Source: an uncultured archaeon (GTDB lineage Archaea > Altiarchaeota > Altiarchaeia > JAFGQM01). Taken from it: 64,000 nt of DNA. The stretch is taken from contig CAZUDQ010000002.1 of the NCBI GenBank assembly GCA_964619365.1, positions 5,537-69,536 of the forward strand. Direction: 5' to 3'. Shown here piece by piece: positions 51,376-60,420 of this stretch. Both the position numbers and the translations under genes were made by a program. The notes beneath the pieces are model-generated. The model searched no databases. It was given only the letters and a program-made list of their open reading frames with translations, and was not told the DNA's origin. Every line of letters begins with the position of its first letter. Within the stretch, counting starts at the first letter, position 1.

Positions 51376-52143
51376 TTACAATCCCGGCAATTCCCTAAGG
51401 TCGTTTATAATATAATCTGGGACAAACTGCGAGCTTTTGGCTTCTTCTTTTGTTGTTTCACCCGTTAAGACAAGAGCTGTTTTCATTCCGGCACGTATTC
51501 CCGCAGCAATATCGGTTGGAAGCTTATCTCCAACCATCAGGCATCCCTCAGGATTAAGTCCCAAGACCTCGGCAGTTATCTCCATTATCTTTGCCGAAGG
51601 CTTTCCAAGGATGGTTGCTTTTTTGCCAGACGCTGCTTCAAGGGCCACAACAAAAGCGCCAGTTCCTGGAAGTTTTCTTCCTTCCTTAAGGTAAGTGACA
51701 TCCGGCGCGCATCCTATAAGCTCAGCACCATCAAGAAGGTTTGAGAGCGCATTTGCGACCTTATCATAAGTAAGTGTCTCATCAAGTCCACAGACGACAA
51801 AATCTGACCCAGAATCGACTATCTCGTGTCCACAGGACTTAAGCTCGTGCACAAGGGCGCCTTTTCCCATGGCGTGGATTTTAGACGGGCCTTTGAGGTC
51901 AAGGATATATCTTCCTGCAGCATAAGAAGATACGATTATCTGTGAAATATCTGCAGTTATGCCAAAATTTCCTAATCTTTTTTGGTAATCCTCTCTTGAT
52001 TTTGATGCATTGTTTGTGACAAAAGCAAGCTTTCCCCCGCTAGTTATTATCTGATTTATCGTCTCTTTTGCGTGAGGTATGGGGTCGTCCCCATCCCAGA
52101 TGACTCCATCCATATCAAAAGCGTATCCTTGTATTTCCATCAT
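51376..52143 (-). CDS. HAD-superfamily hydrolase, subfamily IIA (NagD/PNPPase-like)
   Basis: YAFDMDGVIWDG (motif I) and the LAFVTNNASKSREDY and GDKLPTDIAAG motifs are typical of HAD-IIA. It overlaps priS by 4 bp. Confidence 0.75.
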   Translation of the reverse strand: MMEIQGYAFDMDGVIWDGDDPIPHAKETINQIITSGGKLAFVTNNASKSREDYQKRLGNFGITADISQIIVSSYAAGRYILDLKGPSKIHAMGKGALVHELKSCGHEIVDSGSDFVVCGLDETLTYDKVANALSNLLDGAELIGCAPDVTYLKEGRKLPGTGAFVVALEAASGKKATILGKPSAKIMEITAEVLGLNPEGCLMVGDKLPTDIAAGIRAGMKTALVLTGETTKEEAKSSQFVPDYIINDLRELPGL

Positions 52144-53228
52144 TGTTCTGTTTTGTAGGCTCTTCCCTTAGCACAAAGATATGCCGCAAAGCTTTCAGGC
52201 AGGTTTATGCTGTCCCCTTCTTTAAACGCACCAAATTTTTCTCCCCCAAAACGAATTCCAGGGGTATTAAGTGCAAATTCAATTCCAGTTTCGCTTTTTC
52301 CAAACGGGGAACATTCATCAAGCGGGTAAAAATCATCAAGGTTTTTTATCACTTTTGCCAGAAGCAGGCTTCCGCCGTGGATGGTGTTTGCCATACGTAT
52401 CATGTGCGAAGGGTCTGTTGTAACCTTAGAGTCAAGTGGTATCTGAACCCCCCCCTTTGCAGCAAGCTTTCGTATCTTTGCAAGGCCCCAGCCTTTGGGA
52501 AAGGCGTCCCAGTTGCCCTTTTTTAGTTGTTCGCTTAAATTTTCCTTATTACCTATGTCTGATTTAGACACTTCCTTAATGGCTGCAGCACATATTCTTT
52601 TTCCGAGGCTGCCTGACTCATAAGACGGCCCGATAAAAGAGCCTTTTTCCTCGAATATTAGTTCGGGTATTGTTCCTGTCCCGAGATATGCGCAGATTTC
52701 CTTTCGCCCAGATTCGTTTAGCTCTGCAACCTTTTCGTTCCCTATCCTTGCGTGATAACCACGCGATCCGGAGAAATTAAGACTAATTTCCTCCTTAGTA
52801 AACCCAAAATCCTCTTGAAGAAATTCATAAAGTTTTGTAATCTCTTCCTTTAGCGCGAGGAAGCAGTCTTCACAGCACCACGACGCGTCGTGCTTATGCT
52901 TTAGATTAAGATCCCCAACATCAATATCGAATATAAGGTCTGTTCCCAGCCTGACTTTTTCACTCATCTGCTCGTTACCTGGAAACTCGTAGCGTGAAAG
53001 AGAATGGTTCACATGCGCCGGCGCCTCGGTTTTTAGGTAATTAAGAAGCTCGTATTCGTTTGGAAATGCTCTGTGCCTGAATGTGACCTTTTTTGTAAGT
53101 GAGCCAAAACCAAACTCACGCTTGCTTAAATGGCATGGACTGTATTCTAGCCTCTTTTGATTCCCATAATAATCTGTTATGAGCCTCTTTAGCCAGAGTC
53201 TTGTCTTTAGGACGCGCGAATTATCCAT
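52140..53228 (-). CDS. priS: DNA primase small (catalytic) subunit PriS
   Basis: It has the catalytic motif LIFDIDVGD, a Zn-knuckle (CCEDCF) and the SGSRGYHARI motif (SGxRG(Y/F)H) diagnostic of archaeo-eukaryotic primase. Confidence 0.8.
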   Translation of the reverse strand: MDNSRVLKTRLWLKRLITDYYGNQKRLEYSPCHLSKREFGFGSLTKKVTFRHRAFPNEYELLNYLKTEAPAHVNHSLSRYEFPGNEQMSEKVRLGTDLIFDIDVGDLNLKHKHDASWCCEDCFLALKEEITKLYEFLQEDFGFTKEEISLNFSGSRGYHARIGNEKVAELNESGRKEICAYLGTGTIPELIFEEKGSFIGPSYESGSLGKRICAAAIKEVSKSDIGNKENLSEQLKKGNWDAFPKGWGLAKIRKLAAKGGVQIPLDSKVTTDPSHMIRMANTIHGGSLLLAKVIKNLDDFYPLDECSPFGKSETGIEFALNTPGIRFGGEKFGAFKEGDSINLPESFAAYLCAKGRAYKTEQ

Positions 53229-54177
53229 TTTTTACCTCCGGAGCCTTCTTTTTTCTAAATGCGTTTTTGATGTAATTTGCCTCAGGATGTCCCTTTTCAC
53301 ATTTTCCCGTACAAAGTCCGTAAGACTTTATAGTCTTGCACGCAGGACATGTGTATTTTCTTTGGAGGGCAAACCTTACCTGAGTCTCAGTCATCTTCTC
53401 GTTAAACTTTGGCGAGCGACGGTAAATGTCGATTATCCCTGCATTATCAAGGCCAAGGCCGATTAAGAATGTAACAAGAACAAAGTTTGCATTGTGGTTT
53501 GACTTTCCCGATTCAAGCGAGATTATTATATCTTTTATACATGGAGGCAGTGCGTCTTCCTTAAGACTCTTAATCTTTGGCGTTGTCCTCTTTTTTACCT
53601 TGCTTTTGGGAATGGCCTCCCCCTTTATCTCATTTGCGGCAGAGATGATTTCTTTTGGCAGGTCCTTTGGAGTGGGTATACTTTTTAGTATGTCATTTTC
53701 TATTGCCTGCCCAATCATCGTGCAGAGGTCTTCTTTTCTTATGGCAATAAAACCTTTTTTCAGGCGGGTGCGTATAAGGGGTTTACTTGTCCCCTCTTTT
53801 TTGTAAAGAAGATAATCTGTGAAATGGACAAGCACAGGGTCATTTTCTATTTTAACATCCATCCCAAAATCATCACGCGCCATTCGCACAAGGATGGTTA
53901 GCGATTCAGAGTTTAATTCGTCTTTCCAGAATTTTGCCTTCCTTTCAGCATAACTTTTGTTAAGCTCGTTGTTTTCAATCACCCCAAGAAGTATCTTTGC
54001 AAGGGTAAATGACACCACTTCAGTCTTGCTGCCTGCTTTTGCGATGCTTTTCCCACAAACATCGTCCTGAGCGCGCTTAAGGCAGTCAAAGATAAAAGGG
54101 TCTTTTGTTTCAAAAGAAATACTTGTCTGCCTAAGCTTTTCCCGTTCTTTTTTCTCAAATGGGTATGGCCTAGGCAT
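53221..54177 (-). CDS. priL: DNA primase large subunit PriL (Fe-S containing)
   Basis: 318 aa. A C-terminal Cys cluster (CPACKTIKSYGLCTGKC) fits the PriL 4Fe-4S domain. It sits between PCNA and priS and overlaps priS by 8 bp. Confidence 0.55.
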   Translation of the reverse strand: MPRPYPFEKKEREKLRQTSISFETKDPFIFDCLKRAQDDVCGKSIAKAGSKTEVVSFTLAKILLGVIENNELNKSYAERKAKFWKDELNSESLTILVRMARDDFGMDVKIENDPVLVHFTDYLLYKKEGTSKPLIRTRLKKGFIAIRKEDLCTMIGQAIENDILKSIPTPKDLPKEIISAANEIKGEAIPKSKVKKRTTPKIKSLKEDALPPCIKDIIISLESGKSNHNANFVLVTFLIGLGLDNAGIIDIYRRSPKFNEKMTETQVRFALQRKYTCPACKTIKSYGLCTGKCEKGHPEANYIKNAFRKKKAPEVKNG

Positions 54178-54209
54178 CTCTAAATAAAGAAAATACTCAA
54201 GAAAGGCAA

Positions 54210-54944
54210 CTACATGTTTTCAATCCTTGGCGCCAGGAAATAACCGATTTTTCCTTCACCCACAGGGTATGTAAGTTCAAGAGGGTTATCCTTTTTTAGC
54301 TTAAGCTCAAGTACTGTCGAAGAATCTGTGTTCCTGACCATGTTCTTTAGGTATTCTAAAGGGAACATCGCGCGTGCCGGGGCTTTTGCCTGTATCTCAA
54401 GGAGGTTTTCCTTTGGTATTGAGACCTCAGCCTTCCCGCTTTCGCTTTCTGCAACTATCGAAATCCCACTCTCACTTGCGTCAAAGACTACATAGTTTCC
54501 GACAAGCTCAACGTCAGCGAGTACCTCTTTTATCTCTGTTGCAGGTACTTTGATTGTGACGTCAAACTCAATCTTTGGCTTGTTTGGGTGTGATGTCGCG
54601 TCAAGAAGTGGCAAGAGGAATTTTCTTGTGGCCTTTCCACCGAAGATTACTTCAAGCTTGTTTCCTTTTAGCTCAAGGGTTATTTCATCATCAGGGCGCG
54701 CACGGCGCATGACTTTTGAGAGTTCTGAGAAGTCTATCCCCAAATTGCTTGATTCCTCCACATCATAAGTCTTAAATGCAGACTTTGCCATTTCAAAATC
54801 AACCATTGCAATCTGGCTTGGGTCCATAGCCTTTAGAACCATTTTCTCCCCGCTGAATTCAAATGTGCCCTCGTCAATTAGCGCTGCAATCGCGTCGATA
54901 CTCCTTTTCCATGAGTTGGCATCAGATATTGTTAATTTAAGCAT
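54210..54944 (-). CDS. pcn: DNA polymerase sliding clamp PCNA
   Basis: 244 aa. The N-terminus MLKLTISDANSWKRSIDAIAALIDEGTFEFSGEKMVLKAMDPSQIAMVDFE and the two-domain length match archaeal PCNA. Confidence 0.85.
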   Translation of the reverse strand: MLKLTISDANSWKRSIDAIAALIDEGTFEFSGEKMVLKAMDPSQIAMVDFEMAKSAFKTYDVEESSNLGIDFSELSKVMRRARPDDEITLELKGNKLEVIFGGKATRKFLLPLLDATSHPNKPKIEFDVTIKVPATEIKEVLADVELVGNYVVFDASESGISIVAESESGKAEVSIPKENLLEIQAKAPARAMFPLEYLKNMVRNTDSSTVLELKLKKDNPLELTYPVGEGKIGYFLAPRIENM

Positions 54945-54960
54945 TTTCCTTTTTCCACCC

Positions 54961-55631
54961 TATTTCTATTAGTATAGTGCCCTATTTAATGCCTTTGAAA
55001 ATAAAAAGGAACTAGACAAATGTTCCTGACAATACAGAACTAAGACCATATTTTGTCACAAAGAAAAGTACAATTGAAAGGGTTATCATTATCGGGATGT
55101 ATTTTATTCCTGATTTATCCTTTCCACTAAGAACTTGCCCAAGGACTATCGAGCCGCTAAATGGGGGACAATAAGCGCCAAAACAAAATACATTTCCATG
55201 AACCCCTGGGTGATATCAGAGCTGCTTTTTACAGGCATGCTACCTCCAAGGGAACCAAAGTCAATATCTGGTATCGAGTCCCCAACACCATGCATCGTGA
55301 CGTTTATTAAGTAATCAGATATGCCAAAAAGTATCGGGGCTCCAAAACCAATGACCATAAAAATGAATATGGCATACATTAGGACGTTTGAGCGCATCTC
55401 CTTTTTTAGGAGGTCTTGATCCCGAAAGATGTCAGATATGTTCTCAAGTATGCCTGCTAGCTGTCCTCCAGAGTTTATACCAGTAACAATCAGGTCTATT
55501 GCGCGGTCAAGGTTTTCTGATTTTATCTTGTGCGCCCTCCTTTTATACTGAGATATCTGGTTTAGGTACATGAAGAAAAAGACTAGCACAATACTAAAGT
55601 AAAGTCCAAAAGTAAGGCTACAAAGAAACAA
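54961..55631 (-). pseudogene. TadC/FlaJ-like (type II secretion system F-domain) membrane protein, possibly frameshifted near 55146
   Basis: ORF 55146..55631 encodes a T2SS-F-like segment (AIDLIVTGINSGGQLAGILENISDIF...VLMYAIFIFMVIGFGAPILF). Immediately downstream, another frame encodes a further 46 aa with a TM helix (IPIMITLSIVLFFVTKYGLSSVL). This suggests a split gene or an assembly frameshift. Confidence 0.35.
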
Positions 55632-55646
55632 AAGAAATAGTTCGCA

Positions 55647-56090
55647 TTAAACTAGTTTTCTTGCGTCAGCAATTATCTCTTCATGGTCAAAGGCAAGCTT
55701 TGGCAAATCGTCTAAGGAAAACCACTCTATATCCTGCGCGTCGTCTCCTGCTCCTTCTTTTCTTTTGTCTATAACTTCGACCAGATAAGCATCAGAAATA
55801 GTGTTTCCTCGTGGATCGCGCCCAGGTTTTGAGTATGTACCAGTGAATTTTACTATTTTACCTAAGATTCCAGCCTCCTCAAAAAGTTCCCTGATGCAGG
55901 CATCTTTTGAATCCTCACCAGGCTCTAAAAAACCCCCTGGAAGTGCCCAAAAACCCTTAAACGGATCATTTTTTCTCTTGATCAAAAGAATGTTTCTTCC
56001 TTCAATCAAAACGGCATCAGCAGTTCTTGCGCACATTTTAAATTTTAACAGTTTGGATGATTTTTTGTCCACCAGCAACGAGTGGAACAT
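55647..56090 (-). CDS. NUDIX hydrolase; the probable start is the internal Met at about 56036
   Basis: The Nudix box GGFLEPGEDSKDACIRELFEEAGI matches Gx5Ex7REUxEExGU. The annotated 5' end overlaps the upstream gene by 46 bp, so an internal start is likely. Confidence 0.85.
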   Translation of the reverse strand: MFHSLLVDKKSSKLLKFKMCARTADAVLIEGRNILLIKRKNDPFKGFWALPGGFLEPGEDSKDACIRELFEEAGILGKIVKFTGTYSKPGRDPRGNTISDAYLVEVIDKRKEGAGDDAQDIEWFSLDDLPKLAFDHEEIIADARKLV

Positions 56091-56983
56091 GCATTACCCG
56101 TTGCATAGTTCATTGCACAGACAAGACCAAGTTTGACATATCCTAAGGCAGGTATGCTGACCTTAGCTCTCCCCTCAATCATACTTTCATGGACTGGGTA
56201 GGAGACAATCGGGGCGATACATCCACCGTAGTCTATAAGACACTGGTCTTCCTTGTGATTGTTGTCGCCTTTTGTGAAAAATAACCTGTATCTATTTGCA
56301 TTTTCACTCATTTCAGGAAAACTGCTTAACAGATCCTCTCTTGAATAGAGTTCATTTAATGCGTTAAGTTCATACCTAGAGCCGCATGGCGTCATTATGG
56401 CATTTCCGTCAAAGCTTACTGCTCCTTGGGTGCTTGCACTCTTGTCTGAAATGTCTGCTATGCCAACGACTCTGTGGATTATTGGTTCCCCCCCACCATA
56501 AAGCGCACCTTGCCAGCAGCCTGATACCTTTTGGAATACTATGACGTCACCTACGACAATATCCTTTGCAGAGTCGCCAGTAACGACTGCTATATCTCCG
56601 ATATATATACCACCTGATTGTGGGATATTTGAACTTGTCAGGTTATTTTGTTCCAGCCACATGTTCCAGCCATCGTGGTGCTCCATAGACTCTGATTCGA
56701 TTACAACAACCGGGAAACCTGTTCCAAAAGCCACGCCTAAGACCTGAATTATGAGCCACGCACAAAATACTGCAAAAAGAAAATCAAATATGTCCCCTGC
56801 AACACCAGGGATATGCTTTTCCTTTGCAGTTTTTATCTTCTTGTGCTGCTTTTTTACAAAATGATATGCCTTTTTGTGAGGTGCTTTAGCTACAGGCTCT
56901 TTTGGCTCATTACCCTTTTTAGAGGATTTTTGTGAAGGCTTAGAATCGTTTGATTCGTCCCAGGAAATCCCCCCCAATGGCAT
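56045..56983 (-). CDS. Signal peptidase I (S26B/Sec11-type) with N-terminal basic extension and long C-terminal domain
   Basis: It has a TM anchor, then VVVIESESMEHH (the catalytic Ser box, like SGSMEP), GDIAVV / GDVIVFQ strands and IIHRVVG (the conserved His box). Confidence 0.6.
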   Translation of the reverse strand: MPLGGISWDESNDSKPSQKSSKKGNEPKEPVAKAPHKKAYHFVKKQHKKIKTAKEKHIPGVAGDIFDFLFAVFCAWLIIQVLGVAFGTGFPVVVIESESMEHHDGWNMWLEQNNLTSSNIPQSGGIYIGDIAVVTGDSAKDIVVGDVIVFQKVSGCWQGALYGGGEPIIHRVVGIADISDKSASTQGAVSFDGNAIMTPCGSRYELNALNELYSREDLLSSFPEMSENANRYRLFFTKGDNNHKEDQCLIDYGGCIAPIVSYPVHESMIEGRAKVSIPALGYVKLGLVCAMNYATGNACSTRCWWTKNHPNC

Positions 56984-56997
56984 TATTATATAGGAAT

Positions 56998-57327
56998 TTA
57001 TTTGACTTTCTTAAACGCCGCCGAAATTTCCTTTGCGTCCTTCGAGATCTTCACAAGAGCTTTCTTAAATGAGGCTTCAGGGGTTTTACTATGTATGTTC
57101 AGCACAAAGTCAGGGCTTATTGGAAGCTTACTCTCAAGCGGAGGTTTTTTACCGCTTTTTACAGCCTCTTTATCCCCAATTAACGGATGCGGCATGGTGT
57201 ATGATGCGAATTTGACATCTTTGTCTGCGTCAAGCGCTGAACAAAGCACGTTCATAATGCCATGGTCTGCACCAAGTATTTCAATACTGATTTTGTCCTT
57301 TGTCTTTTCGACGACTATTGATTCCAT
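56998..57327 (-). CDS. rpoL: DNA-directed RNA polymerase subunit L (Rpb11 homolog)
   Basis: KISIEILGADHGIMNVLCSALDADKDVKFASYTMPHPL matches the RpoL/Rpb11 dimerisation domain. It is adjacent to csl4, as in many archaea. Confidence 0.75.
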   Translation of the reverse strand: MESIVVEKTKDKISIEILGADHGIMNVLCSALDADKDVKFASYTMPHPLIGDKEAVKSGKKPPLESKLPISPDFVLNIHSKTPEASFKKALVKISKDAKEISAAFKKVK

Positions 57328-57335
57328 TTTGGCAA

Positions 57336-57884
57336 TTATTCTTCCTTGTAAAGGTAGTCTGTTGACGTTTTTCTTTGTTCGATTTTATTACAGGTTGTAC
57401 AACTGAGCTTTCCTTCCTTCTCCTTTAAGAGTCCCCTGCATTTTGAGCAGTATCCCTCGATAACTCCTAAGTTTGGTGCTTTAGTTGTCATCACCACATC
57501 ATTTGGAAGCACCTGAGAGACCTCGGCCTTTACTATGTCGCCGACCTTAAACTCATCTGCTGCAGATTCTGTGTATCCTGACGCGATATCCATCACACGT
57601 ACAACACCCAGTCTTTCTGAAGGGAGTCCTCTTTGTTTTCCGACAATCTTTAATATTTTTAATATGGCGATTTTCTCTCTTGTTGATTCAACGGTAGTTA
57701 TAACAACATCTCCACGCTCAAGTTCAAAGATTTCGGTTACTGGCTCGACATAAGCCTCGTCTCCATCTTCCCTTAGCGTGCCGGTTAGGCATGCGTAAGT
57801 TTTTCCGCCATCCTTATATAATCCTGGTCCCGCGAGTTTTTCGGTTTTAACCTTTTCACCCGGCACGACAAATATTTCTTTCAT
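57336..57884 (-). CDS. csl4: Exosome complex RNA-binding subunit Csl4
   Basis: 182 aa. It has an N-terminal beta domain, a central S1 fold (GDIVKAEV) and a C-terminal Zn-ribbon (CSKCRGLLKEKEGKLSCTTCNK). Confidence 0.7.
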   Translation of the reverse strand: MKEIFVVPGEKVKTEKLAGPGLYKDGGKTYACLTGTLREDGDEAYVEPVTEIFELERGDVVITTVESTREKIAILKILKIVGKQRGLPSERLGVVRVMDIASGYTESAADEFKVGDIVKAEVSQVLPNDVVMTTKAPNLGVIEGYCSKCRGLLKEKEGKLSCTTCNKIEQRKTSTDYLYKEE

Positions 57885-57979
57885 TTTAGAAGTGTTTTCC
57901 GCCCAAACGGCTGGTAACTAGTTAATTAGCCTATTTTGATGTAATTCCTATTTAAATAAAGCAAGTCGGCCGTTCATAT

Positions 57980-57996
57980 TTAAATATCCCTAAATG
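57980..57996 (+). promoter_or_regulatory. Candidate TATA element (catatttaaatatccc) about 40 bp upstream of the first small Cys-repeat gene
   Basis: An AT-rich palindromic TATA-like box at a plausible distance. Both small genes have ttaaaaaa immediately 5' of the ATG. Confidence 0.2.
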
Positions 57997-58030
57997 TTAG
58001 ATAAGTCGATTTTTAACCCTATTAAAAAAG

Positions 58031-58564
58031 ATGGAAACTAAACAAATGTATATAATTGGCGTAATCGTAGCAATAATTGTTATTGCAGTTGTTGCAATAC
58101 TTCTAATGGGTAGTTCTGACAAAGGAACCTCAACAGTTCCAGTTAGTAACATATCCGATGAACTAGGTCCGGGCCCAGCAATGCCTGGCAGCGATAGAGA
58201 CGAGCATGGGTGCATACCTTCTGCAGGATACTCATGGTGCGAAAGCCTGGGTGAGTGTATCAGGCCATGGGAAACTGACTGCCCCGCGATGGGATCAGGT
58301 CCACAGATAGTAGGTAACGACGCAGACGAGCATGGATGTATAGCCTCTGCAGGTTATACTTGGTGCGAAAGCCTTAGCGAGTGTATCAGGTCGTGGGAAA
58401 CTGACTGCCCAGATTTAGGTCCAGGTCCAGTAGTAGGTAACGACAAAGATGAGCATGGATGCATACCTTCTGCAGGTTACTCATGGTGCGAGACCCTTGG
58501 TGAGTGTATCAGGCCTTGGGAGACAGACTGCCCATTACTTGGAGCAGGTCCAGAGCTAGATTAA
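58031..58564 (+). CDS. Small secreted/membrane-anchored Cys-rich repeat protein (3 copies of DEHGC-x-SAGY-x-WCE-x-L-x-ECIR-x-WETDCP)
   Basis: 177 aa. It has an N-terminal TM/signal (MYIIGVIVAIIVIAVVAILLMG). Three repeats of about 40 aa follow, each with 4 Cys, separated by GPGP-type linkers. Confidence 0.7.
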   Translation: METKQMYIIGVIVAIIVIAVVAILLMGSSDKGTSTVPVSNISDELGPGPAMPGSDRDEHGCIPSAGYSWCESLGECIRPWETDCPAMGSGPQIVGNDADEHGCIASAGYTWCESLSECIRSWETDCPDLGPGPVVGNDKDEHGCIPSAGYSWCETLGECIRPWETDCPLLGAGPELD

Positions 58565-58585
58565 GAATAAAATAGAATTTAAAAA

Positions 58586-59458
58586 ATGGAAACCAAACAG
58601 ATGTACCTCATAGTCGGAGTTGTGGTGGTAATCGTGATTATCGCTGCTGCAGTCCTTTTGATGGGAGGTTCAGAAGATAAGAAAACAACAATCCCCGCGG
58701 GAATTGCAGAGAACATCTCAGACATGATGGGTCCAGGTCCAGTAATGCCTGGCAGCGATAGAGACGAGCATGGGTGCATACCCTCTGCAGGATACAGCTG
58801 GTGTGAAGGTTTAGGTGAGTGCATACGAACTTGGGAAACCTATTGTCCAGGTGAGTCACCTGTAGAGTCTGCAATGGAAGCCATGTGTGATGACACGGAC
58901 GTTGGCGCAGTGTATAAATGCGGTGATTTCTACAGAGTTGTTTCAATGATGCCTGGAGCTGGCTCAACAATCTATATGGCAAATGGCACACGCCTCCAGT
59001 GTCCGCTTGTAGCGCCTGACTCAATGTCAGAGGACTGCAGGATGTACATAATGGGCTCAAATTGCATAGAAACAGACCTTTGTACCGGTGAGATGGTAGT
59101 TCCTGGAAGTGCTGACGTCATGGTAGGTAACGACTCAGACGAGCACGGCTGCAAAGCCTCAGCAGGATACACCTGGTGCCCGATAACTGATAAGTGTATC
59201 AGACCATGGGAAGAAGCTTGCGGAGACGCAGAGTGTCTTGGAATGTCAGCATCTGATGCGATGCAGATTGCAATGGCTTCAGATTGTGAGTCCTCAACAA
59301 ACGGGACGCTTACTGCCGTTGCACTCTGTAACAACATAACAAGAACCTTCCAAATCAAGATGGATTCTCCAAAAGAGAATTGTGGTCTTGGATGTTATGT
59401 CTATGTTGACAACAGTACGGCAGTCGCGAACTGGATGTGTACAGGTCTTTTAATGTGA
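58586..59458 (+). CDS. Paralogous Cys-rich repeat protein (290 aa) with additional C-terminal Cys-rich domain
   Basis: It has the same leader architecture and about 40 nt of DNA identical to the upstream paralog (aatgcctggcagcgatagagacgagcatgggtgcatacc). It carries two DEHGC units plus an extra domain with about 12 further Cys. Confidence 0.7.
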   Translation: METKQMYLIVGVVVVIVIIAAAVLLMGGSEDKKTTIPAGIAENISDMMGPGPVMPGSDRDEHGCIPSAGYSWCEGLGECIRTWETYCPGESPVESAMEAMCDDTDVGAVYKCGDFYRVVSMMPGAGSTIYMANGTRLQCPLVAPDSMSEDCRMYIMGSNCIETDLCTGEMVVPGSADVMVGNDSDEHGCKASAGYTWCPITDKCIRPWEEACGDAECLGMSASDAMQIAMASDCESSTNGTLTAVALCNNITRTFQIKMDSPKENCGLGCYVYVDNSTAVANWMCTGLLM

Positions 59459-59568
59459 GGGTAAAACCTCACTCTTTTCTTTATTTTTAATTTTATTTTT
59501 ACTCCGCCCAATAGCGCAGAATTTTAACACTCAATGCATTTTTCATATATTCACACAAATAACTTACA

Positions 59569-60261
59569 ATGAAAACAATAGGACTTATCGGTGGAATGAG
59601 TTGGGAGTCTTCACTTGACTATTACAGGATTATGAATGAAACAATTGCAGAACAATTGGGCGGACTTCATTCGGCAAAGTGTATACTTTATTCTCTTGAT
59701 TTTGAGGAAATCGGAAAATTACAAAACGAGGGAGATTGGGACGCAATGGCAAGAATCCTCATCGATGCGGCCAAAAAACTTGAAACCGCAGGCGCAGATA
59801 CTGTCCTGATTTGTACAAACACCATGCATAAACTTGCAAATAACGTACAAGACGAAATCGATATCCCTTTATTGCATATTGCAGATGTGACTGCAAAGAG
59901 CGTTCAAAAGAAAGGATTTAAAAAAGTAGGTTTATTGGGTACAAAATTTACTATGGAAGATTCTTTTTATACAGACATCCTCACTGGGAAATATGGACTC
60001 GAAGTCGTTATTCCTGATGACGAAGAACGCCAAATGGTTCACGATGTAATCTTCAATGAACTCTGTGTCGGCCAGATTAAAGCCTCATCAAAAGAAAAAT
60101 TTATTAAAGTAATCGACAACTTGGCTAAAAACGGCGCGCAAGGCGTAATACTTGGATGCACAGAAATACCCAGTTTAATAAAACAGGAAGATTCTAAACT
60201 CCCTGTGTTTGATACGACTACAATCCATGCAAAAGCCGCAGTAGACTTTGCATTGGAATAA
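59569..60261 (+). CDS. Aspartate racemase (Asp/Glu/hydantoin racemase family)
   Basis: MKTIGLIGGMSWESSLDYYRIMNE, the ICTNTMH and GCTEIP Cys-containing active-site boxes, and the 230 aa length support the call. Confidence 0.85.
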   Translation: MKTIGLIGGMSWESSLDYYRIMNETIAEQLGGLHSAKCILYSLDFEEIGKLQNEGDWDAMARILIDAAKKLETAGADTVLICTNTMHKLANNVQDEIDIPLLHIADVTAKSVQKKGFKKVGLLGTKFTMEDSFYTDILTGKYGLEVVIPDDEERQMVHDVIFNELCVGQIKASSKEKFIKVIDNLAKNGAQGVILGCTEIPSLIKQEDSKLPVFDTTTIHAKAAVDFALE

Positions 60262-60346
60262 ACAAACCAAAAAGTCAAACCAAACAATTTTAAGTTAATG
60301 TAATATTAATCCAGTTAGTGCGAGATAAGCTAATAATGAGCATAAA

Positions 60347-60372
60347 CCTCAAGACTCGCATGTGCGAGTGTT
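60347..60372. repeat. Intergenic 26-nt exact copy (cctcaagactcgcatgtgcgagtgtt) of a segment inside both giant genes (21430..21455, 50854..50879); it contains a 6-7 bp hairpin and is followed by a T-tract on the + strand
   Basis: Exact string match at three loci. actcgc-atgt-gcgagt is self-complementary. The sequence tcttttattgttttttact follows at 60386..60404. Confidence 0.7.
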
Positions 60373-60420
60373 GAATGAGTAGACTCTCTTTTATTGTTTT
60401 TTACTAACATCCACCTTGGG

